This document shows, in pieces, positions 48,511 to 58,085 of a stretch of 64,000 nt of DNA (position 1 is the first letter of the stretch; the number at the start of each line of letters is the position of its first letter). Source of the stretch: Methanothrix sp. (GTDB lineage: Archaea > Halobacteriota > Methanosarcinia > Methanotrichales > Methanotrichaceae); assembly GCA_037128175.1 (NCBI GenBank), contig JBAXWY010000001.1, forward strand, positions 64,001 through 128,000, written 5' to 3'. The position numbers and the translations under genes were made by a program. Under the pieces are notes generated by a model, which worked only from the letters and a program-made list of their open reading frames with translations, did no database searches and had not been told where the DNA came from.

Positions 48511-49230
48511 ATGAAATTTACGGAAATATCGGGAAAGATCGCGTTGATCGCTCTGGCCGCGGTCTGCCTTTTGGCGGCACCTGCTCTTTCAATGCCAATG
48601 GATAACGGCCCTGGTCGGCAGGGACATGATGGAATGTTTGCCCCTATGAATAATCTGACGGCAGAAGAGTTGGCTAATATGACTCTAGGCGAGCTGAAGG
48701 AGATGCGGCATACGACCTGGAATAATACGACCGCTTGCCCTGCTAAAGAGCCGGGACGAAACTGCAGTCAATGGGGAAGGAATGCCAATGAATCCCTCGG
48801 CATGAAAGGAAAAGGCATGGGGGAAATGGGCATGGGTGACAATCAGATGAGAAACGGCCCGAAGGATGGTATGTCAAAACACATGGGTGGCGCAATGTGC
48901 GGTGCAATGTGCGGCCAGGATGACAAAAGCGGTGGGTGCGATAAAGCCTCCATGGGCATGAAAGAAGCCTCTCCAATTATGCTGCTTATAGATGATCTGA
49001 CTGTAGATGATTTGGGCAACATGACAGTCAATCAGATCAAAGATCTCTCCGAGAAGAAGATGCAGGAAATGGATAATATGACCCTTAACCAGATCAAGCA
49101 GCTTCAGGACAAGAAGGCGCAGGAGAGAGACAACCTGACCCTGAACCAACTCAAGGAAGAGAATAAGAATATGAGGGAAATAGCGGAGATCTTGGAGGGG
49201 TTGGGCTCCAAACCCCATATCAAGAATTGA
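48511..49230 (+). CDS. Secreted Met-rich protein with N(M/L)TLxQ repeats
   Basis: Signal peptide; three 18-aa-spaced NMTxNQIK-like repeats plus one N-terminal copy; Met/Gly/Cys-rich centre. Confidence 0.75.
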   Translation: MKFTEISGKIALIALAAVCLLAAPALSMPMDNGPGRQGHDGMFAPMNNLTAEELANMTLGELKEMRHTTWNNTTACPAKEPGRNCSQWGRNANESLGMKGKGMGEMGMGDNQMRNGPKDGMSKHMGGAMCGAMCGQDDKSGGCDKASMGMKEASPIMLLIDDLTVDDLGNMTVNQIKDLSEKKMQEMDNMTLNQIKQLQDKKAQERDNLTLNQLKEENKNMREIAEILEGLGSKPHIKN

Positions 49231-49469
49231 TTTAATCTGGCTTTGATGGTAGTTGGGCTTTTTGCCTATCTCCATTTACGAAATTGATGTTGTTGGGTTC
49301 CCTCCCAGCCAAAAAAAAAAGACGGCCGGCCTATAGAGCTGTCGGCTCGTCTTCTCATTATTAGTACTACTGTATTGGAACCAGGAATATTTGCCCAGGA
49401 AATAGACTTATAACTAAAGAATTGTGAATTCCGGGAAAGATGTTGGGCCGTTTTGGCAGGCGAATTTTG

Positions 49470-50132
49470 ATGATTGATACTTGCAGAAGAGTTTTGTGTA
49501 TAGGGCTGGCGAGTTTGCTCTTTATCGGTCTGTCCGGCATGTCTCTAGCCGAGCCCAATGAGGACCAGAATATGGATGAGCTACGTGAAGGGATGTGTCC
49601 TCAGGATGGCGAGATGATGCCGCCCCAAAATGCGGGCTTTCCCATGGGCGTTCCCGTGGAAGTCCTGTTTAGCGGTCATGGTTTTGCAATATTAGGCAAT
49701 GAATCCCATATCCTCCGCCTGAAGGTTGAGGCCATCATGCCTTTAGAGCCCTGCCAGATCAAAGGTCTCCTGGCCTCCAACAAGAGCCTGGAGGAGATCA
49801 GGGATGACATCCGGGCTAAAGAAGGCGAGAAGACTAATCGCGGCAGCATGATTCTGGATCGCAGCATCTATCCACTCATCAACATAGCCGTATCTACGTC
49901 CGGCAATAATTCGACCTCCCTGAAGGCCGATCTTGCTGATTTGGGCCCGCTTTCCGCCGCCAATGATACGGCGATCTTGGGCAGCATCTCCATGATCATC
50001 TCTCCCTCCGACGGGGGCATGATCGGAAATGGTGAGCTTCGTATCGATCAGGGCTCGCTTGCAGCCAGATACTCTCTGCTGATCGACATGGAGCCACCCC
50101 GCCATGGCCAAAAAATGATGATGAGGAGATGA
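49470..50132 (+). CDS. Secreted hypothetical protein
   Basis: Signal peptide, Met-rich termini. Confidence 0.7.
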   Translation: MIDTCRRVLCIGLASLLFIGLSGMSLAEPNEDQNMDELREGMCPQDGEMMPPQNAGFPMGVPVEVLFSGHGFAILGNESHILRLKVEAIMPLEPCQIKGLLASNKSLEEIRDDIRAKEGEKTNRGSMILDRSIYPLINIAVSTSGNNSTSLKADLADLGPLSAANDTAILGSISMIISPSDGGMIGNGELRIDQGSLAARYSLLIDMEPPRHGQKMMMRR

Positions 50133-50172
50133 GCCAATCGCCTTCCATCATCTCGATCTTTTTGGGGGAGAT

Positions 50173-50628
50173 TTGAGCGCATCCCTAAAGCTGGTGTGGG
50201 TGGCGATCGCTTTGCTTCTCCTCCTTTCGCCAGCGGCTCTGGGACAGGGCGGGCAGCTCTTTTTGAATGTCTATGTGGATGGCACCCCTGGTAAAGCGCT
50301 GGTCGTGGGCAACGTGGACGACGTCTCCGGCCTGGCCTTTCTGAATACCTCTGATAAGATCTACGAGGATAACGGCCAGCTTTATGCTGTTTGCGATTCT
50401 CTGGTCGAGAAAGACGGAAATGGCTGGAAGCTGTCGTTTCCCGCCAGCGGCTATTATGATGAGTATCATGCCGTATTCTTTGTCTCGGGAGGCTTTGCCT
50501 TCCAGGAGATCAACTGCACAACGGGACTGGAGATTCTCTCCTCCGCCCACAATGACTCAATAGTGCTGGATGTGCAGGGGTTTGGGCTGACCGATCCCGT
50601 GGTCCATTTTAGCTACGCGGCATCGTGA
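50173..50628 (+). CDS. Secreted stand-alone paralog of the extracellular domain of 47028..48323
   Basis: LNVYVDG.PGKALVVG.VDDVSGLAFL...QLYA...DVQG aligns with LNVYLDNAGKALVTGYAEDVSGLAFL...QLYA...DVQG. Confidence 0.8.
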   Translation: MSASLKLVWVAIALLLLLSPAALGQGGQLFLNVYVDGTPGKALVVGNVDDVSGLAFLNTSDKIYEDNGQLYAVCDSLVEKDGNGWKLSFPASGYYDEYHAVFFVSGGFAFQEINCTTGLEILSSAHNDSIVLDVQGFGLTDPVVHFSYAAS

Positions 50629-50758
50629 ATCTCAGATCAATGCAGTTCGGGCTTGTTGCAACGATTCGAAGGTCAAATTACAAAATCTATAGTTTGTGTC
50701 AGAACAGCTATAAAGACAGAAAAATAGTACCTAATAGCTAAAGCGGGACGGAAATAAC

Positions 50759-51097
50759 GTGATACCTTGGTTTCTGGCAGCATCAGCATCGTTGGTTCCA
50801 AGCGATATAGACGTCGGGTTTGAACCACATGAGCAAACGGAACTTATCCTCTGGCTCATTGTGGCCGCAGTATCTTTAATTCCACTTGTGATATTTTCCA
50901 TAAGCTATAGCCGAGTAAGAAGCGCGAAACTGCTAATAACTACCTTGGCATTTTTGCTTTTCTTTATCAAAGCACTGATTTTGGCAATGAAACTCTTCAT
51001 GCCCAATTACGTAGATGAAATCTGGTGGGCAGTTGCGGCTGTATTGGATATCATGATAATCAGTCTAATCGCCTATTCCTTAAGCAGGAAGTCATAA
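50759..51097 (+). CDS. Small 3-TM membrane protein
   Basis: Three hydrophobic helices, SYSRVRSAKLL; 6 bp upstream of the wHTH gene. Confidence 0.7.
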   Translation: MIPWFLAASASLVPSDIDVGFEPHEQTELILWLIVAAVSLIPLVIFSISYSRVRSAKLLITTLAFLLFFIKALILAMKLFMPNYVDEIWWAVAAVLDIMIISLIAYSLSRKS

Positions 51098-51103
51098 AAT
51101 CAT

Positions 51104-51622
51104 ATGCAAGATGATGTCACCCTTGAGAATCGAAGGCTAATCTTCGACTATATCTCAGAGAATCCTGGTGTTCATCTAAGAAAAATCTCAAGAGATATTA
51201 ATATCCATCTAAGTACATTAAGATATCATCTCGATTATCTTGAATCAAAAGGATTAATAACAAGCCAAAGGGAAGATAATCTAAAAATATATTTTGCTTC
51301 GGGTAAGCTTAATCCTCAGGAAAAAAAGCTAACTCCTTTACTTCAACAGAAGCGTTTTAGAGACATAATCCTCGCCATAATAGGATCTCACGAGCCTACA
51401 TCATCAGAAATAGCAGAAAAATTATTGATGAATCCATCAACAACTTCGAAATACATCAATATTTTAGAGGAACGAGAGGTAATATCCCACAAAAAGATCG
51501 GCAGAGAGAAGAGATATCATATAGACAACGAAGAAAGCGTTGTTAAGCTTTTGCTGACTTATAAAAAGTCATTTTGGGATTCCTTTGTTGACAATGTTTT
51601 AGAGCTGTATCTCGAAAGATAA
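51104..51622 (+). CDS. Tandem winged-helix transcription regulator
   Basis: NPGVHLRKI...LRYHLDYL and second HTH SSEIAEKL...STTSKYINILEE. Confidence 0.88.
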   Translation: MQDDVTLENRRLIFDYISENPGVHLRKISRDINIHLSTLRYHLDYLESKGLITSQREDNLKIYFASGKLNPQEKKLTPLLQQKRFRDIILAIIGSHEPTSSEIAEKLLMNPSTTSKYINILEEREVISHKKIGREKRYHIDNEESVVKLLLTYKKSFWDSFVDNVLELYLER

Positions 51623-51852
51623 TGGTTTACACTTTGTACTACAATTGACATTTTGTGTCAAAAAGTCCTTATATACATCAATACATGTTAAGGAATATGC
51701 TAATCCGCGTCCCCCAATATCACATCCCTCTGTACGGATATGCGGATTAGTCCTCCTAATTGTAGGAAATACAATCGATATGAAGAGATCTACGAAATGC
51801 GGATTGGTGCTTCTTACCATGCTTATGGCGCTCTCAATCGGGGTGGCCTTGA
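51566..51852 (+). repeat. Degenerate direct repeat, copy A (regulator 3' end + promoter + signal-peptide start)
   Basis: Matches 52883-53203, including MKRSxKxGLVLxTMLMALSIGVA. Confidence 0.8.
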
Positions 51853-52039
51853 GGGGAGAAGGACCCGGCTGCCAACAAGGCAACCGACCAATGATATTGG
51901 GGTGCCAAAAATATGAATAGGAATGTAGTAATTGTTTTTATCCTTACACTCAGATGATAATCGCTCTTTCAAGCTTGCTGATAAATCTCTTCTGGGACAC
52001 CAAGAAAAAAAGAACTTATGGGGAGTGAGAAATCTGACC

Positions 52040-52185
52040 TACATAATCATTGCAGAAAACCTTACCAAGTCGTATGGGAATAGAAAGGCAGTCGACGACC
52101 TGACACTCCACATACCAGAGGGAGAATTCTTTGGATTCCTAGGACCAAACGACGCAGGAAAAACGACAACCATAATCTATGAAGA
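52040..52185 (+). pseudogene. ABC ATPase 5' fragment
   Basis: [19 protein letters not shown]...[15 protein letters not shown], then truncated. Confidence 0.8.
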
Positions 52186-52835
52186 AAAGATTAGTGAATA
52201 GAAAGATCGCCCTGGCATTTGTGCTGATGCTTGTGCCTGCAATCACGCTCTCGTATTTAGCAAGCGTGTTCACTGTCTTGCCCTTCGACCTGAAGTCCTA
52301 CCACGAGTTGCAAGAGGAAGCAAACCCATTATTTAACATTTTAATGCAATGGGTCAGCTATCTCGGCGAAACCGCGATTTCGATGTCACTGACTGCCATC
52401 ATTGTTGCGACATTTGCATCGCGACGCCAATGGCTAGAGGCGATCTTTATGCTAGCGACAACCAGCAGCGTATTGCTGACTTTTGCGCTGAAGGAGGTCA
52501 TCCATCGAGCACGTCCATTCCCGTTAGCTGAAAATGCAACCGGGCTCATACAGAAGATCAACCAATACAGTTATCCGAGCGGACACGTCCTGTTTTTTGT
52601 CGTCTTTTTTGGATTTTTCGCTTATCTTGCATGGATGCACTTTACTGGACGGGTGCAGATGATCGTCATTATCATTTGTTCTACATTGATCGTTCTAATC
52701 GGACCATCACGTATATTTCTTGGAGCACATTGGGCGAGCGACGTTATAGGTAGTTATATCATCGGCACGATATGGCTATTTGTTTTGATTCTCGCATATC
52801 AAGAGGTGATGCGCAGGAGAGATCATGATCCCTAG
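52179..52835 (+). CDS. PAP2-family membrane phosphatase
   Basis: K...[24 protein letters not shown]. Confidence 0.93.
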   Translation: MKKRLVNRKIALAFVLMLVPAITLSYLASVFTVLPFDLKSYHELQEEANPLFNILMQWVSYLGETAISMSLTAIIVATFASRRQWLEAIFMLATTSSVLLTFALKEVIHRARPFPLAENATGLIQKINQYSYPSGHVLFFVVFFGFFAYLAWMHFTGRVQMIVIIICSTLIVLIGPSRIFLGAHWASDVIGSYIIGTIWLFVLILAYQEVMRRRDHDP

Positions 52836-52882
52836 GTCGAGCCTAACCTTCAAGGAGGCCGAAGGTAGACAAAACCCCATCT

Positions 52883-53203
52883 AAATCCTTTTTGGATTCT
52901 TTTGTTGACAATGTTTTGGAACGATATCTTTAAGGATAATGGTTAATTTTTTGTTTTATAATGGACACTTTGTACTATAATCTACAATTTGTGTCACAAA
53001 GGCCATATATGAAACAGGACAAGCAAATTAGTAGTAATTCGCATACCTCCAGATCCGCCTCCCTCGAATCTGGTAGTGCTCCGGATAAACGAATTACTCA
53101 CCCAAACAGAAAAAACACATAAGGTGTCTATATGAAGAGATCTATGAAATATGGATTGGTGCTTGTCACCATGCTTATGGCGCTCTCGATTGGAGTTGCC
53201 TTT
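52883..53203 (+). repeat. Degenerate direct repeat, copy B
   Basis: GATTC.TTTGTTGACAATGTTTT...GATAATGG...ACACTTTGTACTA shared with copy A. Confidence 0.8.
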
Positions 53204-53671
53204 GGAGAAAATGTCACAACGGCTGATAAGATGATGCCGTCGAATGTAGTGAATGTAGCTACTGCGGGATCAAATGCAAATGTGGCAGATGCCGCAGATG
53301 CGAAGGAGAAAGAAGCCGTTGATAAGAATGAAACTGGTGAGGACAATGTCATCATTGACAACGTAACTTTTAGCACGACAACCCAGTATGTTGAACTCAA
53401 AAACAATGAGACATCAGGACAAGACCTAACTGGCTGGAAGCTTGAGGTACAGAATAAGGCGGTATTTACCTTCCCTAAGTTCATGCTAGATGCAAATGCT
53501 ACCGTCGCGGTTCATACAGGAACAGGAAAAGATAGCAAGACAGACCTCTATGCTACAAATTCATTGATCTCCAAATCAGATGAAGAAGTTTCCTTGCGGG
53601 ATGCAAATGGTGCAATAGTTAGCACTTCAGAAGAACCTAATGAGACATCCGATAAGCCTACAGATGCTTGA
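53132..53671 (+). CDS. Secreted lamin-tail-domain protein
   Basis: YVELKN...DLTGWKL...FTFP...VHTGTG...LRDANG. Confidence 0.85.
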   Translation: MKRSMKYGLVLVTMLMALSIGVAFGENVTTADKMMPSNVVNVATAGSNANVADAADAKEKEAVDKNETGEDNVIIDNVTFSTTTQYVELKNNETSGQDLTGWKLEVQNKAVFTFPKFMLDANATVAVHTGTGKDSKTDLYATNSLISKSDEEVSLRDANGAIVSTSEEPNETSDKPTDA

Positions 53672-53902
53672 GCTGAAAAAGAGGCATCTCAAAACAATAT
53701 CGTCGATGTTGGACTCGAACCTAGCGAGGAGATCGAGCTGATACTTAATATAAGATCTTATGATGAGCCCGTATGAAAACGCTTTCCAATTTATGGGCAT
53801 GCATATTGATAGTTGCGATAATCTCAATCGCAATCATATCTACGGGCCCATCTCTCGTACAAAACATAAGAATCGGCTTGGAATTCAAAGGTAGATACGA
53901 AA

Positions 53903-55156
53903 ATGAACACAATAGATAATCAATCAAGGATTTCCTTCAAGGCAGGAGAGCAGTTGTTAAGCAAAGTTCCGGAAATCACCCTTTATTTCTGGACCATCAA
54001 AGTCCTTTGTACCACGGTTGGCGAAACCGCATCGGATTTCTTGAACGTTAATTTGAATTTTGGCTTGACTGGTACTTCCATTGTAGTGGGGATTTTATTG
54101 TTGATTGCGCTATTTTTCCAATTTAGGGCAAAGAGATACATTCCCGGAATCTATTGGATAACAGTGGTCTTGATTAGCATCTTTGGCACTTTGGTAACAG
54201 ATAATTTAAGCGATGCCATGAATGTTCCTCTTGAGTTGAGCACGATAGCGTTCAGCATTTTGCTGGCAATAACTTTTGCCATTTGGTATGCCAAAGAAAA
54301 AACGCTTTCCATCCATTCAATTTTTACAAGGCAAAGAGAAGCATTTTATTGGCTGGCAATTCTTTTTACATTTGCCCTAGGAACAGCGTCGGGCGATTTG
54401 ATGGCTGAAAGTCTTGGTCTTGGCTATTTAACTACCGGCGTGATTGTCGTCGCAACGGTTGCATTCTTTGCCATCGGTTGGAAAATGGGGTTGGATTCCG
54501 TTCTGGCATTTTGGGTTATTTACATTATGACACGGCCGCTGGGTGCTTCCATGGGAGATTTTCTGTCACAACCCCAAAAATACGGAGGATTGGATCTTGG
54601 AGCGACGGTTACTACTTTCATATTTACTGGAGCAATCCTGACAACAGTCCTTTTCCTTTCGATCACCAAAAAGGATTTAATTGCCAAACCATCAATTGGC
54701 GAGGTGGAAATTAAACCACAACGTAAACCACAACGCATTCCTGCGATTTGGCAAACTGCAACCGTTATTTGTTTGCTGTTGGTTGTTTCAGGATCCGGCT
54801 ACTATTGGTGCCATTCAGCGCTCCAGGCCAAGGCAAATATTTTATCGCAAGCAGATAATTCATCCGGGCAAGCCACCAAGGCACCACCTTTGGGTGATTT
54901 GACGGTTTTCAAGACGATAACCCAGGATACGCTTGATTTTGTGAACGCCAACAATTTGTCGGGCGCAAAAACCCAGGTTAATGATCTGGAATACGAATGG
55001 GACAATTCCGAAGCTCGCTTGAAACCGATGAATCCGACCAAATGGACGGAAATCGATACCGCCATCGATCAGGTATTGCGGCAAGTCCGCGCCGTAAATC
55101 CAAATGCCGCCACCTGCAAGTCTTCGCTTCAGGCATTATTGACTAAGCTGAAATAA
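53903..55156 (+). CDS. COG4705/DUF347 membrane protein with soluble C-terminal domain
   Basis: SKVPEITLYFW, TTVGET, TFALGTA.GD, TRPLGAS.GD. Confidence 0.88.
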   Translation: MNTIDNQSRISFKAGEQLLSKVPEITLYFWTIKVLCTTVGETASDFLNVNLNFGLTGTSIVVGILLLIALFFQFRAKRYIPGIYWITVVLISIFGTLVTDNLSDAMNVPLELSTIAFSILLAITFAIWYAKEKTLSIHSIFTRQREAFYWLAILFTFALGTASGDLMAESLGLGYLTTGVIVVATVAFFAIGWKMGLDSVLAFWVIYIMTRPLGASMGDFLSQPQKYGGLDLGATVTTFIFTGAILTTVLFLSITKKDLIAKPSIGEVEIKPQRKPQRIPAIWQTATVICLLLVVSGSGYYWCHSALQAKANILSQADNSSGQATKAPPLGDLTVFKTITQDTLDFVNANNLSGAKTQVNDLEYEWDNSEARLKPMNPTKWTEIDTAIDQVLRQVRAVNPNAATCKSSLQALLTKLK

Positions 55157-55210
55157 TCTCATATCCTGGCCCATTAAACGCCCGATCAGATATAACGCAT
55201 AGCTAAGAGT

Positions 55211-55357
55211 AGTGAAACTGCGGCGGCGCACCCACGCGCAGCAAGCTGCAGGGCATCCGAGGCGCCGCCGCATGAAAATGGAACCAGGTAGGGCTGATCC
55301 AAGCCTAAGTTGAATACGTATGCCCTTTATCCCAGTCGTAGCAAGCTGCGGGGTATT
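55211..55357 (-). mobile_element. ~145-bp hairpin-ended non-autonomous element, copy 2
   Basis: Reverse complement closely matches 36370-36511. Confidence 0.7.
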
Positions 55358-55469
55358 CATCAAAAATAAATGAAGTGAGAACATCTAGTGCTTCGCAAAT
55401 AACTTCGGGATGGAAGCATATATCGGGATAGACTCTTATTTTCTCCATTTTCACGCCGCCTTCCTACGC

Positions 55470-56444
55470 TCAGGCCCACGTCACCGCCACATCGTCCGTC
55501 CTGTACCCCGGCCGCACCTTCGACTCCGCGATCGGCGTTGTCGCCCCGCTTTTCAGCATGACCAATCCTGTGTAGGCGATCATGCTGCCGTTATCGCCCA
55601 TGAACTTTCGCGGCGGCAAAAAGAATTTCGCGCCTCTCTCCTCGCACATGATATTGAGCATCTCGCCCAGCCTCTTGTTGGCACCTACGCCCCCCACCAG
55701 CATGGCTTCCTTTTTTTCGGCATGGGCCATGGCCCGCTCTGTGACTTCCACCAGCATGGCGAAGGCCGTCTCCTGCAGGCTAAAGCAGACATCATTCAGA
55801 TCGTACTTCTTGGCCGCCTCTGTGGCCGCTGTAGACAGGCCGGAGAAAGAGAGGTCCATGCCCTTCACAGTGTAGGGCAGGGGGATGTACTGCTTCGATT
55901 CGCGGGCCAGCTCCTCCACCTTGGGCCCGCCCGGATGGGCAAGTCCCACAGAGCGGGCGAACTTGTCGATGGCATTTCCCACGCTGATGTCCAGGGTCTC
56001 GCCGAAAATTCTATAGTGGCCCTGGCGCAACGCCAAAACTTGCGAGTTGGCCCCGCTCACGTAAATGACCGCAGGGTCATGCGCCCCGGATTGCCATTTG
56101 CCCACTTCAATGTGCGCCACGCAGTGATTGACGCCGACAAGGGGTACGGCAAAGCGCAGAGAGAGGGTGCGCGCCGCGGTAGCCACGGTGCGCAGGCACG
56201 GCCCCAGTCCCGGACCCTGGGAGAAGGCGACGGCATCGATCTTTAAGCCCTGCTGGCGAGAGTAGGCCAGCACCTCTCCCACTACCTTGGCCATGTATTC
56301 CGCATGATGCTGGGCCGCCTCGCGAGGGTGGATGCCGCCTTTGGCCGGGGTGTAGGTGGCGCTCTTCTCGTAAATCACACCCTGCTCGTCCACCAGAGCG
56401 GCGCTCAGGTTCCAGGCCGTTCCTTCCAGGCCGAATATTATCAT
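55470..56444 (-). CDS. kae1: tRNA t6A threonylcarbamoyltransferase Kae1 (stand-alone)
   Basis: GLEGTA, GGIHPREAA, VNHCVAHIE, GDNGSMIA. Confidence 0.96.
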   Translation of the reverse strand: MIIFGLEGTAWNLSAALVDEQGVIYEKSATYTPAKGGIHPREAAQHHAEYMAKVVGEVLAYSRQQGLKIDAVAFSQGPGLGPCLRTVATAARTLSLRFAVPLVGVNHCVAHIEVGKWQSGAHDPAVIYVSGANSQVLALRQGHYRIFGETLDISVGNAIDKFARSVGLAHPGGPKVEELARESKQYIPLPYTVKGMDLSFSGLSTAATEAAKKYDLNDVCFSLQETAFAMLVEVTERAMAHAEKKEAMLVGGVGANKRLGEMLNIMCEERGAKFFLPPRKFMGDNGSMIAYTGLVMLKSGATTPIAESKVRPGYRTDDVAVTWA

Positions 56445-56471
56445 AGTAGCTGTAGCTCCTGTTTTTCCTTT

Positions 56472-57893
56472 TCAGACGTAGCCCTGGCCGATGTCCTTTC
56501 GGTAGCGCATTCCATTGAAACGGATGCGTTTGATGTTGTCGTAAGCCTTGATCCAGGCCTCGGCCAGGCTCTGGCCGCGCGCGACCAGGGTCAACACCCG
56601 GCCGCCCGTGGTAAACAGCCTTCTCTTGCCCGTGGCATCCTGGCCAAAGGCCGTGCCGTTGTGGTAGACCAGGACCTCTGGGTCCACCTTCTCCAGGCCG
56701 GTGATGGGCATGTTGGTGTAGTGCTCTCCCGGATAGCCGGGCCGCTCCTCGCCTCCGGCTGAAGCCAATGGCTTGATGGCCCGGCCAGATGTGGCGCAGA
56801 TCCCCAGGCAATAGTCACGCGACCACTGCAGCGGCACCGTGGCGAGCTTTCTGTCCAGCAATGCCTCAGAAAGAAGGAAGAAGTCCGTCTCCAGGCGGGG
56901 CAGAATGACCTGCGTCTCCGGATCACCCAGGCGCACATTGATCTCCAGCACGGACGGCTCCCTTTCTTCTGAGATCATGAGCCCGAAGTAGATCACGCCC
57001 ACGTATTCGTGCCCTGTGGCCTCATGAAAGCCATGCACCGTGGGCAGGGCAATTCTATTCATTATCTTCTCGGTCAGCTCCTCGTCCAGCCAGGGGTGGG
57101 GCGAGAATCCGCCCATGCCGCCGGTGTTGGGATTGTTCTCTAAATTGGGGTTATTGGAGAGCTTATTGAAGAGCCGGACGGCAACAGCCTCGTCTGCGGA
57201 AAAAGCCTGCTTGTAGTCTAAAGCCGACTCCAACGGCTGAACCGTCCTGCCGTCACTAAGGGCAAAAAACATCAGCTCGCGTCCTTCCAGCCGCTTTTCG
57301 ATCTCGATTCTTTCTCCCGCCTTACCAAAGAGCTTGGGGCTGACCATAATGCGCTCGATTGTTGACCGGGCCTCCTCTTCTGTGGAGCAGACTATGGAGC
57401 CCTTTCCTGCGGCCAGACCGTCCGCCTTGATCACCAGGCCGTGGCCGGGATTTTCCGAGCAGAACTGGTGGACGTACTCTCTGGCAGCAGCCGGGTCATC
57501 GAAATTTTTGCAGGGCGGCACAGGAACATTCAGCCTCTTGAGAAGATCTTTGGTGGTGCACTTGCTGTTCTCAAGGATCGCAGCCTCTTTCTTGGGGCCC
57601 AGGATTCTCTGGCCTTCTTCCTGAAATATATTGACAATACCATCGGACAGGTAGCCTTCCGGCCCGACAAAGGTCATGTCTATCCTTTCCTGTTTTGCAA
57701 AAGCGAGCAGTTCAAGAATGGTCTTGGGAGGCTTGCCTTGCACCGTTGCCAGGCGGCACTTCTCGGTCATCTCGCTGCCTGCATTGCCGGGAGCCACGAA
57801 TACCGTCTCCACGCTGCCGCTTCGGGCAAAGGCATGGGCTATGGCATTTCCTCTGCCTCCTGCGTCCACTACGAAAACTCTTTTGCCTGACAT
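56472..57893 (-). CDS. purD: Phosphoribosylamine-glycine ligase
   Basis: APGNAG, IKADGLAAGKG, PNTGGMG, NVRLGDPE, TGGRV, YRKDIG. Confidence 0.95.
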   Translation of the reverse strand: MSGKRVFVVDAGGRGNAIAHAFARSGSVETVFVAPGNAGSEMTEKCRLATVQGKPPKTILELLAFAKQERIDMTFVGPEGYLSDGIVNIFQEEGQRILGPKKEAAILENSKCTTKDLLKRLNVPVPPCKNFDDPAAAREYVHQFCSENPGHGLVIKADGLAAGKGSIVCSTEEEARSTIERIMVSPKLFGKAGERIEIEKRLEGRELMFFALSDGRTVQPLESALDYKQAFSADEAVAVRLFNKLSNNPNLENNPNTGGMGGFSPHPWLDEELTEKIMNRIALPTVHGFHEATGHEYVGVIYFGLMISEEREPSVLEINVRLGDPETQVILPRLETDFFLLSEALLDRKLATVPLQWSRDYCLGICATSGRAIKPLASAGGEERPGYPGEHYTNMPITGLEKVDPEVLVYHNGTAFGQDATGKRRLFTTGGRVLTLVARGQSLAEAWIKAYDNIKRIRFNGMRYRKDIGQGYV

Positions 57894-57972
57894 CAAATCC
57901 CTTATGAATAGATAACCCTAGATAAGCATAATTGCTGGCGCAAGAATTGCGACGCCAGAAAGCAACGCAGCC

Positions 57973-57986
57973 GGAATAGCCATTCC
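57973..57986. promoter_or_regulatory. NrpR-type nitrogen operator upstream of glnA
   Basis: GGAA-TAGCCA-TTCC (GGAA-N6-TTCC), ~10 bp before TATA-like TTATTTAAA. Confidence 0.7.
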
Positions 57987-58085
57987 CATGGATAGTTATT
58001 TAAAACACTAGGTTGAGCCAGAATCGTAGATACAATCACGCCCCGGCATATGGGCAATAGATTTCACTCTCGCGGATTTCTGTTT

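Noticed and set aside
56472-57893. PurD is longer than usual, with two short insertions
   Set aside because: The insertions are small, in-frame and lack intein motifs; probably lineage-specific loops
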